DNA from: Psammoneis japonica | Lineage: Eukaryota | Assembly: GCA_008632985.1 (NCBI GenBank) | Contig: QPGO01000035.1 | Coordinates: 235,899-299,898 of the forward strand | Direction of reading: 5' to 3' | DNA: 64,000 nucleotides | Shown: one piece after another, positions 11,616-23,729 of the stretch | Numbering within the stretch: the stretch's first letter is position 1 | Layout: each line of letters begins with the position of its first letter | The notes under the pieces: generated by a model | What the model was told of the DNA's origin: nothing | The model's database searches: none | The model's input: only the letters and a program-made list of their open reading frames with translations | Program-made: the position numbers and the translations under genes

Positions 11616-12401
11616 ATGACACTCTCGGTTTTAATTGCAATCTTCATTTCAGTTGCTCCCTCCATTGCGTTCACTCAACCCGTAACTCTAAATGCTGGAG
11701 AAAGTTGTGACTCTCAAGAACGCAAACGCACCACTGATACACAGTTGGGTTCGTCCAAGGGACCTTTGGATCAGCTAAAGAACTTGTTGGATTCGGCATC
11801 GGCATCCGTTACGGACTACTTGACAATGCAGCCGAAACGAGAGACGCCCCAAGGATTTCGGCGAGTCCCGACGCAGTTCATTGCCGCGTTGGGCGACCCT
11901 GATGCCTCTTCTGGGACCGGCGCTGAGAATTGGGGCTTGTGGAGAATCGATCCTGGACCACGAGGTGTGTTTCTAGCTGATTATGGTCCATTGCTGGAAT
12001 CACGCAATGGCAAGGCGCCTTCTGGCTGGACATTTGACAAGAAGGAATGGTGGCTAGAGGAATATGGCCGAATTATGGAGCCACCAGACTTCCCAATTCC
12101 AGCCGGCAGATACTTGGTTACAGGTGGGCGAAAGGTCACCACGGTCTTGACAGTGGATGCACCCAACAATAATGGGAAACAGCGCTGGGCATTGGACGGT
12201 AATGCCAAACTTTTTGATGTAACTCACTTGCCCTGTCGATCGGCACGGTACTGGCCTAAGGACAATCAAGATGGATCGCCTGCCACTGCCAAACTGTCGG
12301 ATTTTCCTGTGACGCCAGGAGCTGAAATGCCAAATGTAGCCGGATGCAACAAACAAGACTATGCTGTGCTCTTCATCATTGGTGTAGAGAACGATAAGTA
12401 G
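11616..12401 (+). CDS. Conserved hypothetical protein, probably plastid-targeted
   Basis: MTLSVLIAIFISVAPSIA-FTQP is a signal peptide with an ASAFAP-like cleavage site, followed by a transit-like region. The C-terminal domain is globular and Trp/Pro/Gly-rich (TQFIAALGDP..WGLWRIDPGPRGV..YLVTGGR..DVTHLPCRSARY). Confidence 0.8.
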   Translation: MTLSVLIAIFISVAPSIAFTQPVTLNAGESCDSQERKRTTDTQLGSSKGPLDQLKNLLDSASASVTDYLTMQPKRETPQGFRRVPTQFIAALGDPDASSGTGAENWGLWRIDPGPRGVFLADYGPLLESRNGKAPSGWTFDKKEWWLEEYGRIMEPPDFPIPAGRYLVTGGRKVTTVLTVDAPNNNGKQRWALDGNAKLFDVTHLPCRSARYWPKDNQDGSPATAKLSDFPVTPGAEMPNVAGCNKQDYAVLFIIGVENDK

Positions 12402-15400
12402 TAACTTTTCGTAACAACTGGAACATGAACATAAATTTCTTGCAGGAAGCCGGAGTCTTCCAAAAAGACAGTGTGTCTCGTCACCGTTATGCAGGCCTGT
12501 CTATGACACCTTGTGGCACCGAAAGGATTTGCTATCTGCTACGAGTGATGCCGACTATGTGCTGACTTGTGAATTTGAATAATAACCCCCTTGCCACTTG
12601 CTTTGTAGCATGCAAAAGGGCAAAAGAGCAATGAATTGTGAGAGTTTCATGCAAGTGATCTCGCGCACAGCTCACATTGCAGCCGGGTGCCACGTCTCAC
12701 ACTCATCGAGCCAGAGTGCCAAACAAGCCCACAGCTGGAGAGTCATGAAAAGAAGAAGAAGAAAAAGAATGCAGCAACAGGCATCTGGAGCCAGGCCTGG
12801 GCATGAGCAATGGCAAAAAAAGCCAGTGGCTGTGCAAGAGCTTGGAGGAAAGACACAAAATGCAATGGCCAACCTGTCATCAGCATGCCAGACCCAGCAA
12901 CTGCACTTGGACATTGCGTTTAGATCCACGTGACTGGCTGCACAGTGGTTTGCAGGCTTGCTGGCAGCTGCTCATTGCTGTGCCCAATCCCAAAGGAGTC
13001 ACCTGCTGGCAACTTAGCACCCCCCCCTGTCTCAGATGCATGTGGGTTGTTGCCCTGCAGCTGTGCCTCACTGTTTGCTTCTGTTTCACAATGTGAGGAC
13101 AGAAGTTCAGATGTTCATGATTTTGCCAACATCTGAAGTTTGAGAGATCTGGGTTGAGCACTTTGTCCTGCATGACAACACATGACTGAACCATGTGTTT
13201 CCACTTGAACCGTGTTGTGCAAAACAAGGTCCACACAAACGTGGAAGTTTGCACACATTCCATGCCTCAGGGGAGCCATTTCCTTAGAGGATCCTGCTCA
13301 GGGGTGAACAACAACTGGCAGCTGGTGGTTGCTGCAGCCAGGCAACAATTCACAATGAGCACAGCTGCGTTGGATCCTTTGGGAACAGAGTGCTGTGTTG
13401 CATCAAATGGAGTGCTCAGCCTTGGCGGCAACCCAGTTGACATGGGCAGCTTCAGTTGGCTCCCAGCACCCAAAGAGGACTGCCAAGAAAATTGCATGCA
13501 CTGTCTTCATGACATGGCAAGTTGGCCCAGATGCCATGACATTTCCAACTGCACCAATGAAGACCCTGATGTGTTGAGTGTGCCAAATTCATGTGAGAGC
13601 TGCAAGGCAGCAGGCAGCAATGACATGGCTCTTGCAGCAGCCAAAGGCATCCTGCAGCACCTGGTTGCATTGTTGCCAAATAAAGGCCTGTGTGCAGCCA
13701 CTGTGAGGATGACAGATCTGAGCTGCAGATGGAGCTTCCTGCTGGCTTGGCCAAGTGCATGGAATGCTGTGCAGGTGCACTGTCAACAGCTGAGCCAAAG
13801 CAAAGTTCCTTCTTGAGCACATGTTTGACCACGGCTCCATGGGCCCCTCTGCATTTCTGACTGACTTTCTTGCTCACAGAACAAGTGTGTTTCATCAACA
13901 GTGTGTTGCATCAATGGAATGACCCTGAGTTGACAAAGGATGGCCAGTTGGGTGTTGCAAATGACAGCAATGATTTGCTGCCAGAGAAGAGACAGTGGAG
14001 CAGATGGCCTGCATCTGCCCACTTGGACTGTGTGGCAGCCAACCAGAACAAAACAAAAATGATGACAAAAAGGCAAAGAAGCAGGTGAGTGGGTTGGAGC
14101 AATTGCTGGTGGAGAGGAGGGGGTCACAGGGTGTTCTTGTGATGTGCATGTTGCCAACAAGCCAGACCCATTGGGTTTTGCAAATGACAAGGAACAATGG
14201 GGCACACTGCTGAGAGGATTCCTTGCCAGGCATGCCATTCCTGGGATGGCTCACCTTGCCAACTGGGAGAGCTTGGGCATTGAAAAAGAAGGGGGATGCC
14301 CCAGACTGTCAGAGGCAGAGATCTCATTTCACAATGCTCCCTCACCTCATCAATGTGCTCAGCATCAATTGCGCATCTCTTCATGGGACCTGCACAGTCT
14401 GCATCAATGCTTGCTGTCATGCAACTTGATGGTTGGCCAACAAGAGTGTTCTTGTTTGGTCCACTGCAATGTGGCAAGCAACAAAGAACATGATGGGACA
14501 CACCAGTGCTGTGCACATGGTGGAGACAGGAGCCCCAACGGACCACAGTTGGCACTGGGGAGAGCAGATGCAGACATTGTTGCATGTTTGCTGCACTTGG
14601 GAGAGATCATGAAAACTTTTGTGACCCGCTCCCAAACAACCCAGACCTTTTCATTTGCATCTGTTTGTCAGCTGCTTGGGAGCAGCTTCAGTCATTGACT
14701 GGACCACAGCATGTGTGCAACTCAGTTGTGTGGAGTCCAAGTGGAGAGCCAGGTTGACACTGGTGGATGAGAAAAACTTGACATTTATCTGCTCCACATT
14801 TGCCTGGACCATGGAGGACAACAAAATCAGAAACAACAACAATGGCACAAAGTTGATTGTGTGGAGCCTTGATGAAGTGCACAAGCAGTTCAAAACAGCT
14901 TCAGAGCTGTCACAACTTGGAATGCAGCTGCAGCCACCTCCCTCATCTGCTGCCCCTTTGGGCTGCTCCTGCAGCAGCTCCCTCTCTGAATCAATCCATC
15001 AACCATCAGTTTGTTGGCCCTCCAAACAACCATTGTGGCACCAGTGCTGCCCCCCCCCCCCCACTGTGACATCCAAAGCTCCTGCATCAGCAGCGGTCCT
15101 CAGTGTCAGCTCAACAGCCTTCCCAGTGTGGCCGCTGCTGTGCTTTCTCTGTCTAAACCTCCTGTGTCTGTCAACCCAACCAACACAACTCCAGCACCGT
15201 CTGCCACTCCCTCAATTTCCTCTGAGGGCATCGGGCATCATTGCTCTTTGTTTGTTGCAACATTGCCACTGTTTTTGCTGCTTCAGCCACAATTCTTGTT
15301 TCTTGCAAGCAGGGTTGGGATGCTGCTTGTGTGATTTTCATGCAACGGGAGGCATGAAGACAACTGCAGCACAGCTGTGGTTGGGATCTCTGAGCCCCTG

Positions 15401-18400
15401 GGATCTCATCACATGTTGCACTTTGCTTCAACAGCTCCCTGCACACACAAGCACTCACAGAGACTTTTGTCTTGAGCTGAGCCCACAAGACATGGCAAAA
15501 CTGACTCATTTCAAGTTGGAGTGAAGTCAATCTTGCCTCAGTGTGGAGAGAAATGAAGAGCAGGGACAACTTCTGCATTGGGGCAGTTTCATCAACAGCT
15601 CCCAGCAAATTTGACTCTGCCCAAAGCTTTTTGTGACAGCTTCTGTGCAAGCTGGCTGGCGCTGCTGGCAGCTCCTGACAAGCATGGTGCACCAAACACA
15701 AGAGCTCAACACTGAGACAGCTTTGCGTGAGCTGACAAGTGCTTGGAGAGAGAGAGAGCCATGTGATGATGACTCTTTTAAAAGAGCTGGCACTGGCGCT
15801 GCCCAAGATCCAAGAGAGGAGCTTTGCCTGAGCCCTGTCCAAACAGGGTCACACTTCATGCACTTTGCCTCTCAAGCACCACCTGAAAAGCTTGTGTGCC
15901 AATGCTGTTTTCAGGACAAATCAAGACTCTTGAGTGACATGCACATTGGCTGCCTGCTGCAGATTTCACTGGATGTCTGATCCAGGAAGGTTGGGCAGGC
16001 AAAACAGCACAAGCCAAAAAGATCCTTTGCTGGCACAAGCGCTGCTCTGCCATTTGACCAGGAGGGACCTTTGCTTCTCACACAGCTGCACTGGCTGACC
16101 ACATCATCTGGCTGGCACACATGCCACAAACTGCACTGCTTTCTGTCAACTTTTCTCACATGTGTGCTTTCTCACAAACCCGCGCAGCCACAGACAGCAC
16201 ACCACCTCCCAGCTTCACAAAACAATCAACCCATCACAAAGTGCATCACAGCACACCACCAGAAGAACAGGCTTGTCTTGCACAAGGCAAGCACACAATG
16301 CACACTGCAGGTGTCATGAGACTCAGCAAAGAAGATGGAGAAAATTTTTTGTGGATTTGTTGACCAAAGTTTTGTCCGGTCACCAGCCAGCCCTGATGAG
16401 ATTTGCACTTCATGTTCAACCTGCATGAGTCAGATGCTTCCTGAGGCTTGTTGTCCAGCACATGCACCCCTCAGGCTGCTGTGGTTGTTGGCATGGTTGT
16501 TTTCTTTTCTGGGTTTTTGTCTTTTGCTCTTCTAATTTGGAAGATGCTCCAGCAATGAGAAGAGCCAGCTTGATGCCTTGCGCTGTCTCTTGGGAGGCAA
16601 TCAAGCTCTGGCAGGGCCTGGCTCTGTCAAGTTGCCATGTCAAGGGATTCTGTTTCTTTTTTGTTTTCTCTGGATGAATTTCAGCCCCAGTTGCCATGTG
16701 ATGTGGGCCTGTGGAAATGTTCTGAGTGTGAGCTTTCTTGCAGTTCACACATTGGGTCATGAACACAGCATTTGCCTTCATGACATCAAAATCCATGACC
16801 AAATTTGCAGCTCAATTTTGCCTCTTCATGCTTGCAATTTTTGAAAATCCACCTGTGCTGTGCTGCTCCATGGACATTTAAAGCATGCCCTGGCCAGAGT
16901 CCAGCCAGAGCCATGCAAGAGATGTTGCACCCTTGTGCTCTCCTCCTTGACTTGGGCAGTGTGTGGATGGACCAGAAATCAGGACAGTGGGTTCAACAGC
17001 TGCAAGCATGGGGCACTTGAAGAATGCCACCCTGTGGCCACAACTGTCACAAATCTGCCACATGCAAGGACCACTCCCAAAAAGTCACTGCTTGCACCTT
17101 GTGCTGCATTTTGCTTTTGGGGCCAGCTTGCATGGCAAACAGAGAATGCAAGAACAGTGCTGGCTTCCCAAGATTCTTGAATTGCATCTTGTCTGGTGGT
17201 GCCAGGGTGTGGTTCACCAGATCTTCCTCATCATCCACTTTGGTTCCACCAAAATGATTTGAAAATGTTGGCAAAGTCCAACCCAAGCTTCTCAGCTGGA
17301 ATGCTTTTCCAGGTTCCTTCAACAAGGTCACAAGGATGAGCAACAGAAGGTTGAATCTTCTGGTGGGCAAGATGTCATTTGAAGTCAGGCTTGAAAGCCC
17401 CATGCCATTGTCGCACTGTGCATGTCACCAGCAGCTGGGTCTTTGTCTCAGGGTGGCTTGAAGATGAACACTCATTCGCAGCCATCATGACATTGGGAAT
17501 GTGGTCTCCCACATTGACAGATTGGCTGTTCTTCAACATTGGCTGGCTGTGCTGCAATGATGTGAGGCTGCAATTTGCTGTCAGGGCAGTCATCTGGGTT
17601 GCTTGCTCAGTCCATTGGGTGTGCATTTCTTGGACCACATGTGGGCCTCAATGAGGATTTTCTTCTTTTGCATCACAGTGTGAGATGAGCCCCAATTCAG
17701 CAGCACAACTTGCTGCACTGTCATGACTTGACCATCACATTCTGTTGCATCCGAGCAACAGCTCACCATCTTGGCTGCTTCCAGAACATTCAGTTTTCCA
17801 TGAGAATTGAGCAGATTGTCACTGCCAAAAGCACTGGACAAAATGATTTCAAAATGCAAGGAAACACCCACCAGTGACACATTCCTTGCCATCACAAAAT
17901 TCCATCGGCATCAGGCCCTGGGTGTGTTGAGCCAATCATTTTTTTTTTGCATTGTTCAGAACGCAATGAATGATGACAACAAATCACAGTCAGAGCAGCT
18001 CTGTGCTTGTGGCACCAAAACAACATGTGGATTTCTGCATGAGTCAGCCCCCCGCCCAGTTTTGCACAGTGCTGCTCACACTTTGATTGCTTTGTCACAG
18101 CTTTGATGCCATGTTGAAACTGCCCAATCCACTGATCTTGGAGCACCAGCTGCTGTTGACATTGACTGTCTCACTCCTTCAATGAAGCCAAACTGTTCTT
18201 TTAGAGAGAACAAATGTGTCAGGGCATGTCAAGTTTGAAGAAGAGAGCCATGGTGGATGCCAGAGACAAGAAAGAGGCACCACCACATGCACGTCATTGC
18301 ATTGTTGGTGAAAGCAAGAACAACAAATCTTCTGCCATTGAAATGCTGGGTGCCCTTCCACCAGATGCAAGTGTCACCATGATTGTGGAAAAGCTGCCCC

Positions 18401-19484
18401 ACAAGAAAAGCAGCATGGAAAAATTGTTGACTGCACTCTGGATCTTCTCGGGCTTCAAATGAAGAGCATGCAACAAGCTCAAAGGCACTGACATGCTCAA
18501 AAATCTTGTGCATGCATTGACATGATGAAGTTGTGAGACATCAAATCAGAAGCATGCAAACTCATTGCTCAGTTTTTGCACAATGGCAGTGGTCAACTCA
18601 AAAGGAAATTCAACATGGCTGATGCTCCTGACATCCTTCTTGTGCACGCCACAAAGCATGAAGCAGTTTCATGAGCAGTGCAAAATTCAGCAAATTGGTG
18701 GCTCTGCTCTTGTGCATGGGCAGATTTCTTTCAACTGCTGTTCCCTGGGAGATGCCATGCTTCCAACCTGACCATGGCAGCAATGGAGAAATCAGGGGCA
18801 AGGCTTGTTGGATTCACACTGGCACAATTTTCCAGAGTGCACACAAAGGACAGCAACACTGCAACTTGATCAAGGGCCACATTTCAAAGTTGGCCATTAG
18901 ACCACATTGCAAAGCCATGGGCACACCAAATGTCCCCATTGGCAAAAAGTGTTCCCAGTCAGAAACAAAATGAAGTGGCTCATTGCAGCCCTGCCAAAAC
19001 CTCTCCAGAGCCCAACCACTTTCATCCCAAAACATTTGCACTGAGGAATTGAGCTCTGTGGCACACCTTGTGGTGCCAACGCTGGCAGATGCTTTTGGAT
19101 GCAGATTTTTGTGAGCATTGGCTGGATGACAATGGTTCCTCTTCCACTCTGCTGGCTTCCTGGTGTGCAGGTCACTCCTTTTTTCCCTTTTTTTTCAGCA
19201 CATCTGTCTGGTCTTCACCACACTGAAAAATCACAATGCCACCTCTGAAAGGCAGTGCAAGCTCTTCTTGATTTGGCCACATCAAAAATGACCCAATCAG
19301 CACAGCGGTCCTTTGCAGATGTGTTTCATTTTTCATGCCCTGCAGTGGCTCATTGTTGTCATGCAGCGCCACACTTTTTCTGCCCCATTGTCTTCAAAGC
19401 AAATGCCTGTGGCTCTTGCCACTCTCAACTCCTGCCACAGCTCTTTCAGTTTGCCACCATCCTGAATGACGGCCTCCAGAATCC

Positions 19485-19755
19485 TGTCAACATCAGGGTG
19501 TGAGGTGGTTTTTAGAAGGACAGACAGACAATGTTGCAGCCCAAGATGCACTGGTGATCATTGATGATGTGGTGATTCTGCATTTGCAACTCTTGATGAG
19601 TTGTGCAGGTTGTGTGCTCACTTTTTAGCTTCTCTGCACCTGGTCAACACAAGAACAGAGACAAAAGCATTGGAAATGTGTTTGCAAGCCATGTGGTGAG
19701 TTGAGGATTGGCAAGACTGAGCACACACCAGTTGGTGAGCCATGAAATCCCAACA
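19485..19755 (+). repeat. 5' LTR of copia derivative
   Basis: Direct repeat of 20989-21271; TGT...ACA ends. Confidence 0.88.
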
Positions 19756-20988
19756 CAGAAACCAAAAAGTCACAGCATGACACTCAAAGAAGTGGTGTCA
19801 TTCAAAGGCAAAGAAACAGTCTTTGGAGGGCCTTGCTGTGAGACAGCTGCAAAGGTCTGCTGAAGAAGGGTGCAGCAAGGTTTTTGTGTCAGGCTGGGAT
19901 GGCATGGGCAATCAAGGATGCAACTGACTTTTTAGCCTGTGGTGTGTGTGACACCATTGCCAAGTTGGGTCGACAGGCAGACAGATGGTCACACAGAAAC
20001 TGTGAGAAAGACGAGTGAGCATGTCAGAAGAATGTTTGAGCCAGAGATGCAGGCACTGGCATCTCTGAAGCAGGAGAACAAACCAGAAAAGCCAGAGCAT
20101 CTGTTGGGTGAGACCATGTCAGAGAAGGACAAGGCCATCTGGGGAAAAAATGTGACCCCTGAATGGAGCAGGAGGATGTCATCTGCAAGATGCAGAAGGC
20201 AAAGGTGTTTGGCACAATTGTGGTGCAGTGCACAAAGGCCATCCATCACAAGGTTGAAGAGTTGACAAAGTTTTCAAAGGTTGTGAAGGAGTGGGATGTG
20301 GCATCACTGTTGGACATTCTCAAGTCAACCCACTGGCTCAATGCAAATGGGAGAAGAATCTGCTTGCATGATCAGGCTGTCCAGGCTTGGGAAGCAGTTG
20401 GCGCTCACTCATCAAGATGAGGAAAAGGTGCTTCAGAATCACTGCAGTTGACTCATGAGCATTGTTGAGATGGTTTGAGGGTCCTGCAGCAGAGTTGTCA
20501 CAGAAGAAATCACCAAGAGAGAAAATGGGTTTGGCAAAGATGCTGATTTCACATGACACCCTGAAGAAAGGAGCAAGTCATCAGCGGCACTGCTGATGGA
20601 AGGCACAAAGGAACACTGGCGCGTCTTGAAAGATCTGCATTGGCAGTTTGCACTGGGGATTGACAATCACCCCAAGTTGGCTGAGGAGGCATTGCAGGTG
20701 TTGGACAGCCATGGGGTCAACAAAAAGCCTGAGGGCACAAGTTTGTGCAAAGCAAAAAGAAGCAGCTCAAGTGCTGGAAATGTGACAAGGTTGGGCATGT
20801 GAGGAAAGATTGCACCCCCTCACTCAATGGCAAAGATGTTGATTTGTCAGTGGACATGAACAAAGTGAGCCATGGGAATTGGCAGAACAGTTGATGTGGC
20901 ATTGGATGGCATGGTCTCCAACTGTCATCCTCCTTGGATTGGTGCACACAAGGCCAATCAATTTGCAGCTTGGCTGCATGAAGAAGTG

Positions 20989-21271
20989 TGTTGGAACATC
21001 AGGGTGTGAGGTGTTTTTTAGAAGGACAAACAGACAATGTTGCAGTTTATGACACACTGGTGATTGTTGATGATGTGGTGATTCCACGTTTGCAACTCTT
21101 GATGAGGTGCAGGTCGTGTGCTCACTTTTTAGTTTCTGCAACACCTGGTTGATGCGAGAACCGAGAACAGCAGCGAGAGCACATCAGAAAAATGTGTTTG
21201 CAAGCCACACAGCAAATCAGGGATTGGTGAGACTGAACATGCACTGGTTGACAAGCCACAAAGTCCCAACA
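20989..21271 (+). repeat. 3' LTR of copia derivative
   Basis: TGTTGG...CCAACA termini; preceded by a PPT-like tract and followed by the TSD. Confidence 0.88.
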
Positions 21272-21997
21272 AATCCAGATCATTCACTGTGCGACGGTCT
21301 CAAGTCTCAAGACCCTGCCAAATCAGCGTGGAGACAACGCTGTTGCTCTTGCCACACCTGAGGCAGATGGGCGACCCAAGTTGTTGTTGCCTTGTTGCTG
21401 GTGCCCAAGGAGAGCAACTGACCTTTTTTGTCAAGAACAATCCAACCCAAGAAATGTTGCAACTGTGAGCTCACCAGCGCTGGCTCGCCCACCTGTGCCT
21501 CAGCTTGCAGCGAGCCAACTGCCCCAGGCCCAAAGGGAGGTGATGCGCTTTTCTTTTTGTCTTGTCTGAAGCATCACCAATGTGCCCTGCTTTGTGCTCT
21601 GTGTCATCAGCTGCCAAGCTGAATCATTTGTCCTCTGTTGGCAGCAGCAATGGAATCTTCAAAGGTGTGCATGCAACAAAGGAACTTCGAAAATTTGATG
21701 GTGGCACGCGCGGATTGCGATAACCAAAATCTGGCTCGCACTCACGGACAGACAGTCTGCCTTCCTCCGAAATAAAATCAAGGCCGGCGGATCTGCCTAC
21801 GAAAGATCGTACCATCATTCACGTAGAACGGATCTTTCCTGCATGTCAATTCTGCACACATACGTACGTAGTACTTCTACGCGTACTCGCTCGTGGGCCG
21901 CCGCAAAGGATTCTCCAAACATCTCAAAAGAAGGCGCGATCAAAACAGAGTCAAGAACATCAGCATCCTGAGATGATCAACAACCGAGAAGACAAGC

Positions 21998-23182
21998 ATG
22001 TCAATTATTCCAACAATGGCTACAAATTATCGTCGAAACTTTCTATTGCAGCTGATCTATCTGCTTCTGATTTGCAGGTTTTCCGGCGGGCTTAACATCA
22101 ACATCGGGAAACCTACTTCGTTCCGCAAGCCGCGCTCTATTTCTAGTCTTAATTCCATCTCCGATGCTCCTGAGCTACAAACACTAGAAAGCAAGTTGCT
22201 CATTCCCAAGAGTGCGAAGAAAAAAACAACCCTTGAGCCTGTTCGCACAGAAACCGGCCTCCGTTACATGAGGAACGACTGGTGGAGGAATATGCTAAAT
22301 CTCCCGCGTTCTTACGTGCTGTACCGCATTTGGCAGCATCTTCTCTTCAATGTTGCCCTAAGTATAGTTGTTACCTTTGCTCACAAACAATGGCCCAAAA
22401 TGTCCGTCCCCATGCTGGGCCACAACTTGCTGGGGGGGTTCTTGGGTTTGTTGTTGGTCTTTCGACAAAACACGGCTTACTCAAGGTTCTGGGATGCTCG
22501 TTCAGTTTGGTCCACGGTTGCCGCTTCTACACGCATGATGGCTGTAGACCTTGTGGCCCATTTCCGTCCGAGCGCACCCAAGAGCAGCTCTAAACTTATG
22601 ACGTACGTCGCGGCCTTTCCAGATGCCCTCGCGTATTCTTGCTTGGGTGGGGCGTATCCTCTTGCTGATAATGTGAAAAAGTTGGTCACACCTCGAGCTG
22701 GCAAGACCAAACTTGCCCCCGCGTTGGTGTTGTGCACCATGATGCAGGAAGTGATTCATGAAATCTCTGAAGAGATGGGTAAAATGGAAGATATTGAGAG
22801 TTTGCACTTGTACGATTTGTCTCACCAGGTCTGCACCCTTGCGTCGTGTCTCAAGTCATGTGAAAAGATCCTGTACACACCTGTGCCGTGGAGCTATTCA
22901 AGACATGCTTCGCGCTTCCTGACAATTTACTCTGCAACTCTTCCACTTGCTGTGGTGGATACTTTGGGTTGGTTGACAGTTCCTGTTATAGCTATTCTTT
23001 GTTGGTGCCTTTTCGGGATTGAGGAGATTGGGCACCTTATCGAACAGCCCTTTGTAGGGTCGAGCAAGTCCAAGCGCGCCAAAATGACTGCGCCCTATGA
23101 TATCGGTCTACCGGTGTTTGTTCTTTCCAACCAGGCGAGGCTTGAGGTGGAGGATATTGCAGCTCTCGAGCCGGCGCACTAG
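21998..23182 (+). CDS. Bestrophin-like (UPF0187/VCCN/BST-type) anion channel with N-terminal targeting peptide
   Basis: Motifs LLLVFRQNTAYSRFWDARSVW, EKILYTPVPWSYSRHASRFL and FGIEEIGHLIEQPF. Hydrophobic signal plus Ser/Arg-rich transit-like region. Confidence 0.92.
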   Translation: MSIIPTMATNYRRNFLLQLIYLLLICRFSGGLNINIGKPTSFRKPRSISSLNSISDAPELQTLESKLLIPKSAKKKTTLEPVRTETGLRYMRNDWWRNMLNLPRSYVLYRIWQHLLFNVALSIVVTFAHKQWPKMSVPMLGHNLLGGFLGLLLVFRQNTAYSRFWDARSVWSTVAASTRMMAVDLVAHFRPSAPKSSSKLMTYVAAFPDALAYSCLGGAYPLADNVKKLVTPRAGKTKLAPALVLCTMMQEVIHEISEEMGKMEDIESLHLYDLSHQVCTLASCLKSCEKILYTPVPWSYSRHASRFLTIYSATLPLAVVDTLGWLTVPVIAILCWCLFGIEEIGHLIEQPFVGSSKSKRAKMTAPYDIGLPVFVLSNQARLEVEDIAALEPAH

Positions 23183-23729
23183 AGAAACTCGGCGGGGCGC
23201 AGGACCAGCAAGCATTGGGTATCACGTCTGGGTAGAACTTGAGAGCTTGTCGACGCATACGATAAAATCAACGCGGGGGTCAAAAACCTTCTGCTGGCTT
23301 TTAATTTGATTTTCCAAGAAGTAATTCCATAAGCCACGTTACGATAGTCCTCAGCAGAGAAATCTTTGCTACAGTCGCTAGGAGAAGTGTCATGGAACGT
23401 CATGCTAGGACAGAGGCGCTGCCTTTCAATTTCAAAAGAGTTGCAAATCTCTTGATCCTGTGACATGATGGCTGCCGAACTTTTCGAAATAGGTTGGACT
23501 GCCATGTGCCACAGAAACCACAACCATAGAATTGAACGGCAACTGGAGAAACTGACAAACTACCGGACATGCATCCTTGCCTGGTGATTGGCGTGCGTCT
23601 CTGCCTGGGCTGAATGAAGGACTTCTGATGGTGACGTCACATCGTGATGGTGCCTTTGGAGATGAGCGTAACATCACATGCTCCCCAAACACAGTTCATG
23701 CCAACAGAAGCCCTCTGTTTGTAGTGACT

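Larger units (their letters stand above)
19485..21271 (+). mobile_element. Internally deleted, non-autonomous Ty1/copia (CoDi-like) LTR retrotransposon with 5-bp TSD AATCC
   Basis: Two ~270-280-bp LTRs ending CCCAACA; the 3' LTR starts TGTTGG after a purine tract (GAAGAAGTG). TSD AATCC at 19480-19484 and 21272-21276. Internal gag remnants KAKVFGTIVVQCT..KVE and DLHWQFALGIDNHP, and a zinc knuckle CWKCDKVGHVRKDC. No pol. Confidence 0.88.
12610..21720. repeat. Large decayed TpA/CpG-depleted TE block containing a nested copia derivative
   Basis: TA nearly absent, CG rare and TG/CA-rich over ~9 kb; no intact ORF. Confidence 0.75.
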
